In this document: in pieces, positions 31,210-45,060 of the stretch
Layout: each line of letters opens with the position of its first letter
Numbering within the stretch: position 1 is the first letter of the stretch
NCBI RefSeq assembly: GCF_009914755.1
Contig: NC_060928.1
DNA: 64,000 nt
Reading direction: 5' to 3' (one strand)
From: the human T2T-CHM13v2.0 reference genome, Homo sapiens
Notes under the pieces: generated by a model
Databases searched by the model: none
The model's input: the letters and a program-made list of their open reading frames with translations, nothing else
Told to the model about the DNA's origin: nothing
Position numbers and translations under genes: made by a program

Positions 31210-31592
31210 GAGCTGATTTGTGGGTGGGTTCAGTAGATGACATGCATTGTCAGGAGATTGGAAGGTGAGAATAAGAGAGAAATCAGTGTATTTTTCCCTT
31301 CCCTTTCCTCCTTGGATCATATCTCAGGAAGTGATTGCTCCTCCATGGCTCTAGCTCCCACTGGATAGACTCACTATAGTTGCACTCATGGCTGGCTGAC
31401 TCATCAGGTTCTATAATCTGGCCTTTTCCTTTTGTCTGTCTCTAGCCTAGGGAAGGTTATAACTTCCTACTATTGCTAACATTGCCTGCTGGTTAGTCAG
31501 TCTTTCCACTAGCTGTGTAATCATGGATTAAATTACGTCTGTTCAAACACTGAGTGGTTTTTGTTGCCCTTGTTGGTCCCTCCCTAATACTA
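31210..31592 (+). mobile_element. ERVL LTR (LTR16C/LTR33-like)
   Basis: caggagattggaagg...ctagcctagggaagg..aacttcctactattgcta...attaaattacgtctgttcaaacactgagtggtttt. Confidence 0.65.
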
Positions 31593-31765
31593 TGATGATG
31601 GATTTATCCATCAAAATATCAAAGCACAAGATAGTAAATATTTAAATAATTTTTTAATTACCCTTGTTCTGATTCCCTGCTTACTGAGTAACTTTCTAGT
31701 CATGAGATATTTTCCAGATGGTTTTTTTTTGAGGGAGAAAGTGTATTAATTATTCCTAAGCAAGT

Positions 31766-31892
31766 TCCTTCCTTCCTTCCCTCCTTCCTTCCCTCCTTCC
31801 CTCCCTCCTTCCTTCCCTCCTTCCCTCCCTCCTTCCTTCCTTCCTTCTTTCCTCCCTCTTTCTTTCTCTCTTCATCTTCCTTTCTTTCTTTT
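31766..31892. repeat. (CCTT/CCCT)n pyrimidine tract
   Basis: seen directly. Confidence 0.9.
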
Positions 31893-33156
31893 ACTTTCCT
31901 AATTATATTCCTGTGTACCTGTAAGCTTTGAAAATGGAACTGTGCTCTAGAAAGGCAAATCTACCTTGAGTATTGATATTTATGTGTCTGATTTTACAAT
32001 GTTAAAGACCAGACCCAAGAGAGGGATGAATTCCCTAAATTAGGTATATTAACTGATAGCCACTTGGTATTTCCCATAAACAGCTTCCAATATTATTTAT
32101 TTATACTTCTTTATGTAGACAGTATTTTTTTTATTTTAAAGAGTGCTACTTTCTACACAGATTCTGAGAAAGAAAAGTACATTGATTTTGCTGGTAGAAA
32201 ATTCAAAGAACACTCATTTTCTGGTATCAATGGAAGTGTGGCTCTTGGAGATAATAAAACCTCTATGTATAGCCTTTTGCAGAAAAAAACTCTAAAAGTC
32301 TTAAGCAGCAGGTCTTTTAATACTTTAGAAATATCAATTCTTTACAAAAAGCCCTTATTTTCTCATTAGGCAACCTTAAGATGTCCAACCCAGCTGTTTT
32401 ATTTGTCTAAACAAATGGGAAATGCAATTTCATAATGATAACTTAACTCTGTTCAGAAATTGGCAACTCCTCCTTTGTTTCAAAGTTTGTCTGACCATGC
32501 TTTCTTTCGCTCAGTAATTCTCAATATGTGCTTAATATATCCTCAGTGTGTGGCTCAATATATTCTCAATCCACAGTTGCTCACTGCAATGGCAGTCAGA
32601 TAGGGCCTGAGGGGAAGCACTACAGTAGGGGACATTGAAGGGAAAATCTTCGTGAGAATCTTAAATGTTCCTGCCTCCATCGCCAGTCATTCTTAACATA
32701 AGATATATGATGTGAGCAATTATTTCTAGTAAAATATTAAATTTAAAATGTTTTCCTTTCAGTTTAAAAATGCAGATTTTTAGGCACTTTGTGGGAGGAT
32801 ATTTCCTTTAAAAAACAAGAATAAGACATTAGAGAACTTCATGGCAGATAAAAACATTCAAACTTACATTCTGATGGTAAAGAGCTGAATGGAGTAGAGG
32901 AATGGAATATTAAAGCAGAAAACTTAAAAGACAATTTATGTAAAATACAGGAATTATTTGAAAAGGAAGAATTTTATGCAATAATCTAATAATTACTTAA
33001 ATTATTGGATAAATTGTGTAAGGAGGAGAGCCACTGATTTAGGAAACAGAATAGCTCACTTTCTCATCTGCATTTTTTCCTATCACAGATTTCAATCAGG
33101 ATTGGTCTAAATTTTGAATGAGGAAATAAGTGTTAAGAGAGAAAAGGGAAAAACTA

Positions 33157-33445
33157 TAGATGATTCTCAACTTATGATAGGATTACATCCTGATAAGCTC
33201 CTTATACTATAACTTGAAAATGCATTTAAAGCAGACAACACAGCAGATGGTCCCTGACTTAACAATGATTCAATTTATTATTTTTTTGACTTTAGGATAG
33301 TGTGAAAGCAATAATACATTTAGTAGAAATCGTAACCCCATTGTAAGTTGTAAGGAGCTCCTCAACTTATAATAGGGTTATATCCCAATACCACCCGTAA
33401 GTTAAAAAGTAGTAAGTTAAACTATCATAAATCAGGAACTGCCTG
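33157..33445 (+). mobile_element. MER47/Tigger5-family MITE with internally repeated termini
   Basis: Left-end-like agatgattctcaacttatgataggattacatcctgataa; a further terminal sequence at 33244 (cagatggtccctgactta) and 33357 (gctcctcaacttataatagggttatatccc). Confidence 0.8.
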
Positions 33446-33609
33446 TGCACCAATATAAACTCATGGAGGATCAAAGTGGTAGAGTTGCAAGAAACATCAC
33501 AGACTTGTTTATTTCCTTAAACTCTTCTGCATATAATAGACTAAATCTAGGGAGAGAAAGTGACTAGCTCAACTGGCTGGTGCCAGAGTCTAGTTCAGAC
33601 CTTGTGGTC

Positions 33610-33778
33610 TTCTTGCTATTCAAAATGGGGTGCAGAGACCAGCAGCATCCAGTATCACCTGGAAACTTGTTGCAAATACAGAAGCTCAGCATCCAATCTG
33701 AAACTCTACTGAACTTGAATCTGCATTTTAGCAAGATCCCAAGGTGTCTCTATAAACTTTAAAATCTGAAAAGTGTTG
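33610..33778 (+). mobile_element. MER5 (hAT-Charlie)
   Basis: gaccagcagcatc..tatcacctggaaacttgttgcaaatacaga...gaatctgcattttagcaagatcccaaggtg. Confidence 0.85.
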
Positions 33779-34639
33779 CTCTAAAGGATTCACATTGTTT
33801 TTTAGTTGTTTTCCACAGCTGTCTTGTTGCCTGAGAATATAATGTCCCCATGGGCAGGAATTTGTTCTCTGTTTATTTGTGTCTTCCTTAGCAAGAAGTT
33901 ACAACAGGAGTAGGACAACATCTTTTATTTTTGTTGTTTATTTTCACAGTGTATAAAGGAATACTTATTTTCAGTGTATAATATAAAACTAAGAACCTCA
34001 ACAAATATTGGTTTATTTGAGAGCAAGATTATTTTCTTAACTTGTTAACCAAAACAATCAACATATACTACATCCCTGGAGAGCAAAGCCCTTTGAAAGA
34101 AATAGAGCCACCAATAGACTTAGTTAGTTGTGTACATTCTATAAAATCATGACAAATTGTATGGCTAGAAAAACCATCTTGAGAAAGTCACCTCAAATAG
34201 CTTATGAAAACAGGCAAGACAAATAAATCATTTAAAAACAAACTTCATGAGCCTGGTACAGAACATGCACTCATTAAATACCTGTTGAGTGGATACAATT
34301 ATTGAACATGATTTTACTGAAAATGTGCCTCTGTAACATTAAATACAAGCTAATATTTTGGGAAAATTAACTTAATGATGGGATGTTTCTATACATCTTG
34401 GTTTCTGCCCATGCTGTGTCTGTCTTTTCTGACAAACCAAAGGATTTTCATTTTCTGAGAAAGCAAAGCTTATGTAATGAATTTCCTCTCTTTACAGTGT
34501 CATGTCTGTAGATTACTGGGTTTGTAAGTGGTGCAGATGGTCCACTGCACCAAACACCAACAAGAAAATGTTTGTAAGATGATGCTTATAAAGGTAAAGA
34601 TTTAGTTGAGAAATATGCTAACTTCAGGAACCAAGAGTA

Positions 34640-35745
34640 TGGCAGTTTGCTATAGCAGCCCAAATGGACTAAGACAGAAATTGGTACTGAGAAACAGGGG
34701 CACTGCTGTAACAAATACCTAACAATGTGGTAGTGGTGGTGGAACTGGGTAAAATGGGTGGAGGCGAGAAGAGGTTTAAGGTGTATGCTAGAAAATGGCT
34801 ACATTGATGTGAATGGACTGTAAAGGACAATTCTGGTCAGGGCTCAGAAGAAGAAGAGGAGAGAGGTAGAAAAAGTCCCTATCTTCTTAGAAAATACCCA
34901 AGTGTTCATGAGCAGAATGCTGGTAGAAATAGGGACAGTAAAGGCAATTCTGAAATGTCTCAGATCAAAATGAGAAACAAGTTATTGAAACTGGAGAAAA
35001 GGCCATCCTTGTTACAAAGTAGCAAGGAATTGGGCTGAATTGTGTTTGTATTCTAGTGTCTGGGTGGGGTAGAACTTTTGAGCAATCAAATTGGATATTT
35101 GAGAAAATTTCTAAGCAAAGTATTGATGGTATGGCCTGTTGAAAGCTTACATTACAATGCAAAAAGAGTAAAATTATTTAGAGACTTGGAAACTGTTAAT
35201 CAAAAGAGAAAGAGATCTTAAAAATTTAGAAAATTCTGTGACTATCTATATTGGAAAAAATCAGAAAGCCTGTTGATGAGAGAACAAGGGCGTGACCAGC
35301 TAATCTTCTGATAGGGAGATTAGTATGGATCAGCCAACTCACTGGAAGCCAGGTGCTATTCATCAAGACAATGGTCAGCCATCTAAACAGAAGCCAGGAC
35401 CTACTGTGCAAGAAATGGAAAATAGCCCCAAAGGCATTTTGGAGATCATTTGGGGCTACCCTTCCCATCACAAATGCATAATACAAGGGCGTGGAGGACA
35501 GAATGGGGGCACCACTGCCCAGTACAACCTCACATTACTGGCTCTGCTCCCCAAATTCTGTTGCCACACTCCTTGGCTGCCCAAGTGTGACTCTGGTAGG
35601 CCCCAGTGAAAAGTGCATTGTGCCCAGGAAAGCTATGAGGGTATGACTGCCTTCACCTACATTTTAAAGGATGCCCTGGAGAGCCTAGGGTCCCAGGCAG
35701 AGAACTGCCATGGGAGTGGGGTCACCCTCAGACTCCACTAGGCCC
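34640..35745 (+). mobile_element. MaLR (MLT1A/MST-like) 5' LTR stub plus internal region
   Basis: tatagcagcccaaatggactaagaca | gaaattggtactgaga...ggaactgggtaa...ttattgaaactggagaaaaggccatccttgttacaaagtagcaa. Confidence 0.85.
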
Positions 35746-37657
35746 CAAAGGCATGCCAACACTTGCTTTTCGAAGGATGACTAGTTTTCTCCGGAGAAGA
35801 GCATGGCCTTGCTTCAGAATCCTAGGAATTTGTGATGTGACTCTTTTATTGTAGTTGGCTAGAGACTTGCATGGCACCTTCATCTACTGCCAGTACCTCC
35901 AACACCATGTACCATTGATGGCATTTGGGAAAATGGGACAGCAATGATGCTTGTACCCGGTTGGAACCTACTAAGGTCCTGTGTTGCCCTAGGACCCACT
36001 CAAGACTAATAGCCTTTTAAATTATCCAGTAAATGATTATGCAAGTATTATGCACAACAACAGTTGTGTTGTGTGCTGTCTCCAAAATGTTAAGATGTTT
36101 TTCAAACACTACAGTTCTTTTCACTGTTGAGATTCAAGATTAAATAACTTCTTTAATTTGTGTGGCCCTGTTAGCATGCCCAGACCAGTGGGACTTAAAA
36201 AACTTTACTATTGTGGCATGTCTATAAATTTTTGTAGAGTTTATTTTGTAACCACTCACATGCATGTATGTTACAAAGATTCTATTAATCTAATGACATT
36301 AGTAGAGAAAATCAGCATATTGTTATGTAGTACATTCATATGATCAGTGTCCCTTTGAACTATATTATGATGAAGTGTTAACGTAGCCCTGGAGAAGATC
36401 ACGAATGAGTGTTGCTGCCTAGTCTAACGAATGTGTACTGCTCCGGATACCCTTCCTAACAGGGACTGAAAGCACATGCATTTGCCAAGCAAGTAACTTT
36501 ATACAGAGAAGCTGCACTGATTTTTTCTAGCAAAGACACCACATCTCATACAAAAACTATGATTAAGTGAAGTGTTTAGGTTTATGGTGGTGTACTCTCT
36601 GCCATGATTAATCTGTTTTTTGAAGGCCGCACCTGTGAGCTAAGTGGCCATATGTTGGAGACCACCATCCCCCAACTTTCTCCATTTCAGCCAGTATATT
36701 TTTCCTTGATTGGCTTGAACAGGGAGTATGCAGTGTAAATTCATTGTCTTCTATTTTGCCATTTTACCATATTTTAGCTCTTCCTCCACAGGTTAAGAAA
36801 CCAGTGAAGGATCTCCAGTGATAAATATGTCCATCCTGATAGTGCATTCTGGAACTGGAGACATGATCACAAAGTGAGATCATGGTCCTGTTAGACCCAC
36901 TGTGAGACAGCCTTGGAAAAAGTCTCAATCTGTCTGCCCGCCTTTCTATGCCCCAGTTTAACAGGGGGCCCATGATGATAGCATTAGCGTCAATTCAGGT
37001 ACTCTATACAACAACCCTTGAAAGATACTGGTATTCACCTTCAATTACTGTACACCTCTCTGGTATATTACTACACATTTTTGGGGGAAGGATTGGGTTA
37101 TAGCTACTATGTATACTTGCTGCAACTTGTCAGGGTCTTTTATTTAGAAGAACTGGCTACCTTTTCAATCAGTGGGCTCCGAGTCTGAGAATTGCCTCAG
37201 TTCTAGAACCTGCATAAGGCATCGTGATAGTTTTATTGCAGCAGTAAAAGTCTTGTTCAATGCCCATATCTCTTTTTCTTCAGGAGTAAATTGGAATATG
37301 AGCCATAACCACAGATCTATGCAGGACCTGCGATTGCTGTTGTTTTGGTAATTATGTCGTCCTTATTTCTGATGGCCAAATATTGCCATCGGAATACCGC
37401 TATGCTTGAATCTTATCAACACCATTAAGACTGGGAATTCCACTTCTCTGGCACTATCTCCAACCATCAACTCTGCACCTACTATAGATGACAGGCACCA
37501 CTGAACTCTGCCCCCCTCACTAGCATGTTGCACTTTAGTAAAGGGAAGGTTCTACTCCTCGTGGGAAAAAAAGTTAGTGGGTAGATTCCTCAGTATTATA
37601 TGGCATGCCCACCTCCCGCATCTTCTCGCCTCTTGATCTCTTCCCTAAATACTGTGA

Positions 37658-38194
<537 letters not shown>

Positions 38195-39338
38195 TAGGCT
38201 GTTTTTATTTACTGGTTTTAAGCAGCTGTCCTGGTAGTGTATTAAGTGTTAGGTGTTCTTGTCAGGATACTAAATCCTTAGGCAGGCAAGAGTGCTCCCA
38301 TGTCAATAAACTCTCCATTTTCTAGCCTTAAATTCTGGCCTCGTGGCTCAGCACCCTTGAGTTCCAATATAATGTATGTTCTCATAGTTCCTCCTAGTAT
38401 ATATTAATCAGATCCTTCAGTTCTTTTGGTGAGTAATCTTTTTCCACTTATATTAGGGACCTTTCCAGTTTGGACCCAGACTTGATCCAAGTTATCAGTC
38501 TAGAAGCCATGAGGAAAAGAGGGGAAGGTATTGAGGAAGATGTCATTTCAGGGTTATCGGGAGCATCTACTGAGATATACCCATCCTAAATCTCATGACT
38601 CAAATCTCTCCCTCACCTTCATTTTTAACCAAATCCTGTATTTCAGATAGGAACTTTCCAGAACTGTGAATGTAGCCTTTATTACTCTGTTATTTGCACA
38701 AACAGGCCCTAAACAAGATTTTCCATCCAGTCTGCATCTGCTTCTAGAAGATGAGGGTATTGTCAAGTGCTGTTATAGATGCCTTCTCACAGTCACACTG
38801 AGCCCTCAATTGACAGTTGGCTGATCTGAGCCTACTGCTTTTGCTTTCTTAAAGGCATTCATCCCATTTAATCACCAACACCACAGTCCTTATAGTTGCC
38901 ATCGCAATGAAAATCCAATGATATTATGTAAGCTATTATATCCCTTTCTACCTGTATTAAATGCCAACTCACCACAGTTGAGACTGTTATTAATTGTTAT
39001 ACTGCAGTTGTCAGAAGTTATCACCTTTCTACCCTCAACCAGAAATGAGTTACTTGTTGCCATCTACCCAGAAAGAAATCTAATCACAGAATCCCATCCC
39101 AAGGATGTGCTTTCTAAAATCTCTTTTGGTACTAATCCTCTTAGTTTGGTTCCTCCAGAAGCCATAGAACAATGTTCTCACAATCAAACTAATGATGATA
39201 TTATTATAGTAATGTTTGCCTTCAAACATTAGCAAAGACATATCTGTATAGCACATGGACTTAATACTTCTTCAGTATGAGATGAATTTATGCTGCAGCT
39301 TTCACACTATTTCACCTTATCCTTCTCCACACCACGTT

Positions 39339-39706
39339 TGTTTTAGTCCGTTTTGTGTTGCTCTAACAGAATACCATAGACTGGGTAATTTATAAATAAA
39401 ATAAATGTATTTCTTATAGTTCTTGAGGCTAGAAAGTTGAGGGGCCCATATCTGGCAAGTGCCTTCTTGCTGCGTCATCCCATGGGGGAAAGTGTAAGGG
39501 CATAAAAGTGCACACGAGAGAGTGAGAGGAAGTGGGCAACCTTCATCCTTTCATCAGGAACCCAGTCCTGGGATAACAGCCTTCATCCATTCACGAGGGC
39601 AGATCCTTCGTGGCCTAAACATATCTTAACAGTCCCACCTCTTAACACTGTCACAATTGCATTAAATTTCAACATGAGTTTTGGAAAGAACATTCAAACC
39701 ATAGCA
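39339..39706 (-). mobile_element. MaLR solo LTR (MSTB-like)
   Basis: tgttttagtccgttttgtgttgct..aacagaataccatagactgggtaatttata ... tttcaacatgagttttgg...cattcaaaccatagca. Confidence 0.9.
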
Positions 39707-39789
39707 ATACACAAATAGACCTTAATATTTATGCATATTCTTCTTCCTTAATTTTACATGACAAGAAAATTTTCATCCTATAAAAGTTC

Positions 39790-42700
39790 ATTCTCAGAAT
39801 GATGTAAGTAAGGTGGTAGACTAGGAAGCTACAAGCTCTCCTTCCCCTAGAGGGGAACCAAGTTAAAAAATTTATATATGGACCAGAATGCCTCTAGAAA
39901 ACTCTAGAAAGCAAATGAAAAGCTAAAGCACCTAAGTCATTATAAAGCTGAGAAGGGATTCCAGTAAAAGAGGTAAGGAAAATTTGTGGCATTTGGCATG
40001 CCTATATGTGCCGCTCCCCCTGTGAAGCACAGCCTGGAGCAACTGGGAGAAACCCCTCATACCAGGGCTTTTCCTTAGGACAGAAGCAAAAGAATGGACC
40101 ATGTGTGCAATGTCCTGGTTTGTATGGAGACTACCCAAGGGCCTGGCTTCTGTCTCACCTTATTTGCAGTAGTACCAGGACCAGTTTCAGAGTTTGGAAG
40201 CCACTGAAAACAGAGGTGAGCAGAACATAGTAAAATGTAGAAGAAATAGATAAATTCCTAGAAACAAAATCTACCAAAAATGAATCATGAAGAAATAGAA
40301 AAGCTGAACAGACCAAAAACAAATAAGAATATTGAATCACTAATTAAAAGCCTTTCAACAAAGAAAAGCTCTAAACCAAATAGCTTCACTGGAGGATCCT
40401 ACCAAATATTTAAAGAAGAATTAACACAAATCCTTCTGAAATGCTTTAAAAACAGTTAGAGAAGAGGGAACACTTCCAAGCTCATTCTCTGAGGCCAGCA
40501 TTACCCTGAATCAAAAGGCAGATAAAAACATCATTAAAAAAAACTATAGACCAATATCCCTGATGAATGTTGATGAAAAAGTCCTCACAGAATACTAACA
40601 AACCAAATTCAATAACACATGAAGATAATAATATACCATAACCAAGTGGGATTTATTTTTTGAATGTAAGTTTGGTTAAACATCAAAATAATCAATATAA
40701 TACACCATATTAGTGGCAGAAAGAATAAATAGCACATGATCACAATTGACAAAGAAAGAACATTTGATAATATCCAACACCATTTCATGAAAAGACATGC
40801 AACAAACTAGGAAGAGAAAAAATGACCTCAGCATAATGAGGATAATTTATAAAAAATCAGAGCTAACATTACATCCAGTGACGAAAGACTGAAAGTTCTT
40901 CCTCTAATATCTAGGATACTGTGAGAATGTTCACTCTGCAACATGTTATTCAAAGTCCTAGCCAGAGCAATTAGGCTAGAAAAAAGAAATAGAAGGCATT
41001 CAAATTATAAAAAGTAAAATTATCTCTATTCACAGATGACATGATCATATCAAGTAAGAAAACCTTCAATGTTCTTCAAAAAAAGTATCAGAACTAATAA
41101 ATTAATTCAGCAATATTGAATAATACAAAATCAACATACAAAAATCAGTTGCATTTCTATACACTAGCAACAAACAATTGGAAATAAAATTAAGACAGCA
41201 ACCCCATTTATAATAGCATCAAAAATAATAAAATATTTAGAAATAAACAATCAAGGAGACAGGAAATTTGTCACTGGAAACCAGAAAACATTGCTGAAAA
41301 AAATTAAAGAAGACACACACAAAATGAAAGACATGTTCATGAATTGGAAAATTTAATATCATTAAAATACCCATACTACTCAAAGCAGTCTGCACATTCA
41401 ACACAGTCCCTACCAAAATACCAATAACAATTTTTCCAAAGTAGAAAAATTCATCCTAAAATTTATTTGAAATCCCAAGGAACTCTTACTAGCCAAAAAA
41501 TTTTGAAAAAGAATTCTAAAATTAAAGGACTTACATGTCTTAATTTTAAACTATATTATGAAACTCTGGTAATCAAAACAGTGTGGTACTGGCATAAAAA
41601 CAGATTAGACCAACAGAATAAAATAGAAAGGACAGAAATAAACATGTGTATAAATGACTACATGATTAATGACAAGGGTGGCAAGACCACTAATGGGGAA
41701 AGCACAGTTTTTTTCCAAAAAGCTCTCTTGGAAAAACTGGTTATCTACATATGCAAGAATAAAGTTTGACCCTATTTTACACCATGTACAGAAATTAACT
41801 CAAGATGAATTAAAGGGTCAAACATAAGACTTAAAACTATAAAACTCTTAAAAGAAAACATAGGATATAGTTTTAAAGACATTGTACTTGGCAATTATTT
41901 CTTCAATATGACACCAAAAGCACAGGTAACAAAAGAAAAAATAGATAAATGGGGCTAGATAAATCAAAAAAACTTTTGTACATCAAAGGAAACAACAGAG
42001 TGACAGGCAACTTACAGAATGGGAGAAAATATTTCAATATTTTTGCAAATATATCTGGTAAGTGGTTGATATACAGAATATATATGAACTCATATAACTT
42101 AACAACAACAACAAAAATCAAGTAAACCAATTAGAAATTGATTAGAGGTCTTGAATAGGCATTTCTCCAAAGATGATATACAAATGGACAACAAGCATAT
42201 GAATAGATGTTCAACATCACTAATCATCAGAGGAGTGCAAACTAGAACCACACTGAGAGATTATCTAATAACTATTAGAATGACTAACATTAAAAAAAGA
42301 AACAAAAAAAAGTGTTGACAAGGATGTAGAGAAATTGGAAATTCTATGCAGTTTGTGGGATTGTAAATGGTACAACTGATGTAAAAAACAATATGGAGTT
42401 TCCTTTAAAAATTTAAAGTAGAACTACTATATGACCCAGCAATCCCTCTTCTGTGTATATATTCAAAAGATTTGAAAAAGGGTCTCAAAGATAATTTTCA
42501 CATCTATGTTCATAGTTGCACTATTCACAACAGCCAAGAGATGAAAGCGACCCAAATGTTCGTTAACAGATTAATGCAAAATATATATACACAATTGAAT
42601 AGCATATATATACACACACAATTGGATATCATTCATCCTTAAAACTAAAAAGAATTCTGTCACATGCTACAGCATGAATAAATCTTAAAGACATTATGAT

Positions 42701-42994
42701 AAGTAAAATAAACCAGTCACAAAAGAAAAATACTGCATGATTCCAATTATATGAGATACGTATGATGGTAAAATTCATAGAGACAGAAAGCAGAATAATA
42801 GTTAAAAGGGTATTGAGAGAGGTTGTGAAAGGAGACTTATTATTTAATGGATGTAGAATTTCAAATGTGCAAGATGAAAAAATGCTGGAGATGTTTCACA
42901 ACAATGAGAATATAGTTAACATTACTAAACTGTACACTTAAAAATGGTTAAGATGTAAATTTTATGTTATGCGCTTTTTATCACAATAAAAAAA
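39790..42994 (+). mobile_element. L1MB-like: 5' UTR-like piece (39790-40225) joined to ORF2 and 3' UTR (40226-42994)
   Basis: ORF2 motifs agaccaatatccctgatgaa, tctctattcacagatgacatgatc, aaaacagtgtggtactggcat; L1MB terminus aactgtacacttaaaaatggttaagatg...cacaataaaaaa. Confidence 0.9.
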
Positions 42995-43026
42995 GTAATT
43001 TAAAAATCTGGGAATATGGAAATAGA

Positions 43027-43156
43027 AAAAATTCTGCCTGCCATACCAGCCATTTACAGCTTTCTGAAAGTGTATACCTACCCCTATTCTGCTTTTTATT
43101 TACATAGTCATTACTACATATTTACTTTCTTCCTTACTCATGAATTTTTTCCCTCT
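43027..43156 (+). repeat. 130-bp direct repeat, copy 1
   Basis: 124/130 identical, ungapped, to 49212-49341. Confidence 0.95.
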
Positions 43157-43540
43157 TGAGAAAGGTTTTATAAAGGGATCATATGCAAAGCTATTAGCAA
43201 GGTTTATACAAAGAAAACAAAGGATGGCACAGTACCCAAGACTAGTAAAAGGGAGCAAGTGAAGAGAAAGGGTTATCCAACCTGGCCAGGGACCTAAGTG
43301 ATGAGGGCCAGAGGGCAGGTACTTTGGCTTCCAATAGAGGGACACAGCCCAGTCTTGTGGCACCTAGCAGAGACTAAGCCAGGAAATACCTCCTGTCCAT
43401 GCCAACTCAAGCAGGAAATCACAGAGAAAGGGGTGTGGCTGGGTGTTGAAATCCATGTAGTTAGCCTCCTGGGGCCTTGGCAAGTGTGAAGAATAGAAGA
43501 AAGTGGATCTGAGGGGGTCAATAAGAATATACCCAGTACA
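43157..43540 (-). mobile_element. ERVL LTR (LTR33/LTR50-like), truncated on the left
   Basis: aaagggatccatatgcaaag...aaggatggcacagtacccaagactag...agtggatctgagggggtca..atatacccagtaca. Confidence 0.55.
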
Positions 43541-43579
43541 ACGTACTCCTATCTGATTTCTGATTGCTGTTCTTAGTAC

Positions 43580-44200
43580 TCTTCCTTTTAGTGTCTAAAG
43601 TGATCTGCTTAAAGGGCAAAATGGATTATACCAGTTGCCTGCTTAAAAGACAGCCACCAATGGCTTCCTACTGGATTTGAAATAAAACCCAAAGCCCTTT
43701 TTGTGGCCTACTAGGCCCAGAACAGTTTGGTTACTGCCTCCCTCTCCAACTGGATTTCAATTCACTTCCTCTCATGCTCACTGCATGGATACCACCTTGT
43801 CCTTCTTTTAGTTCCACTAACACAGCAACCATGTGTCTGGAACACTCTGCCCTGCAGCTTTACCTGCTCTGCCCATAGCTGAATCCTTCTCACCCTGTAG
43901 GTTTCAACATTAATACAGACTCCCCAGAAAGGACTTTGATTATTCTATCTTATGTAGGTCCAGCTAACCCTGTTTGTTATCTACTACTATAGCATTTTGT
44001 TGGCTGACTAAATTACTTCTAACCCAATTGCCTGTTACTTTGTTTGTATGCTTATTTATTTTCATCTCCCCCACTGTAAACTCCGTGCAGTTGGGAATCA
44101 TGGTTACCTTTTTCACTGTTACACCATTATGGTCTTGCAAAATGTCCGATACAGTCGGGACTCACTAATACAGTTAAATTAATAATTATGTTAGTAAGTA
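43580..44200 (+). mobile_element. L2 3' end
   Basis: gcctgcttaaaa...caatggcttcc...aataaaacccaaagccc...tctggaacactct...ctgtaaactcc. Confidence 0.8.
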
Positions 44201-45001
44201 AATAAAGAGTGGCACACTTTTACAAAGTTTCTCAGTCTGCTGCTTAATAACTGGCTCAGGTGGATTCCAAATTTGTAACCTTGACCTCGTTAGCACCACA
44301 TGCCAACTGATTGATTCTGAAGCATGATTTGGAGTCCCTGCAAAAGAAATGCTCTGGTAGCTTAGCTACAAAAACTCCCTTCGCCTCCTTGCTGTAGGAG
44401 TAAAAGGAGGGTGGAATCATGTGAGTGATGAAGGGTGGAACTGCTCAGAGCTGTGAAAGATACAGTGATAAGCTGTGTGTGCTGATAGTTCATTTAACTC
44501 ATCACCTCCTTGAGTTGAAAAAAAAAAAAGAAAAGGATTTGAAGTCTTCATAGCTGGTGAGTCACCTTCTCCTCCTTCAAACTGTCTGACAAAAAGAACA
44601 CCAATTTCCTTGTAGATTTATGGCTTATAATCTTCCTCTTTTTCAGGCTGCAGAAGAATAGGCTATTCATAAGATTCTAGAGAATTTAAAGCCAATTAAA
44701 TATTTTTTTGAATACTTGAAGAGTTCTCCCTGACCCAGGGTCTTCTAGGGATTATCAGATGTAAAAGGAAGGTAGAATTTAATTACAAATTTTCTAAGGG
44801 GTAACAATGTGCAAATGGAATACCGATAGTGCAAGTAATCTACATCTGCAAATGTAAAGTCAGAGGACCCCATATTTCAGGGAAAAAAATCAGTCTTCTT
44901 TAGCAGGTAAAGAAAGCATCTGTAACAATGATCAAGTGCCTGCTGAGAATAAAAGCCTCTTGTCATGATTGCAGAAGGTGATGCTTGCTTTCCAGAAAGT
45001 C

Positions 45002-45007
<6 letters not shown>

Positions 45008-45053
<46 letters not shown>

Positions 45054-45060
45054 ATGTGTT
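45008..45060. repeat. Compound (CT)n(GT)n microsatellite
   Basis: seen directly. Confidence 0.95.
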
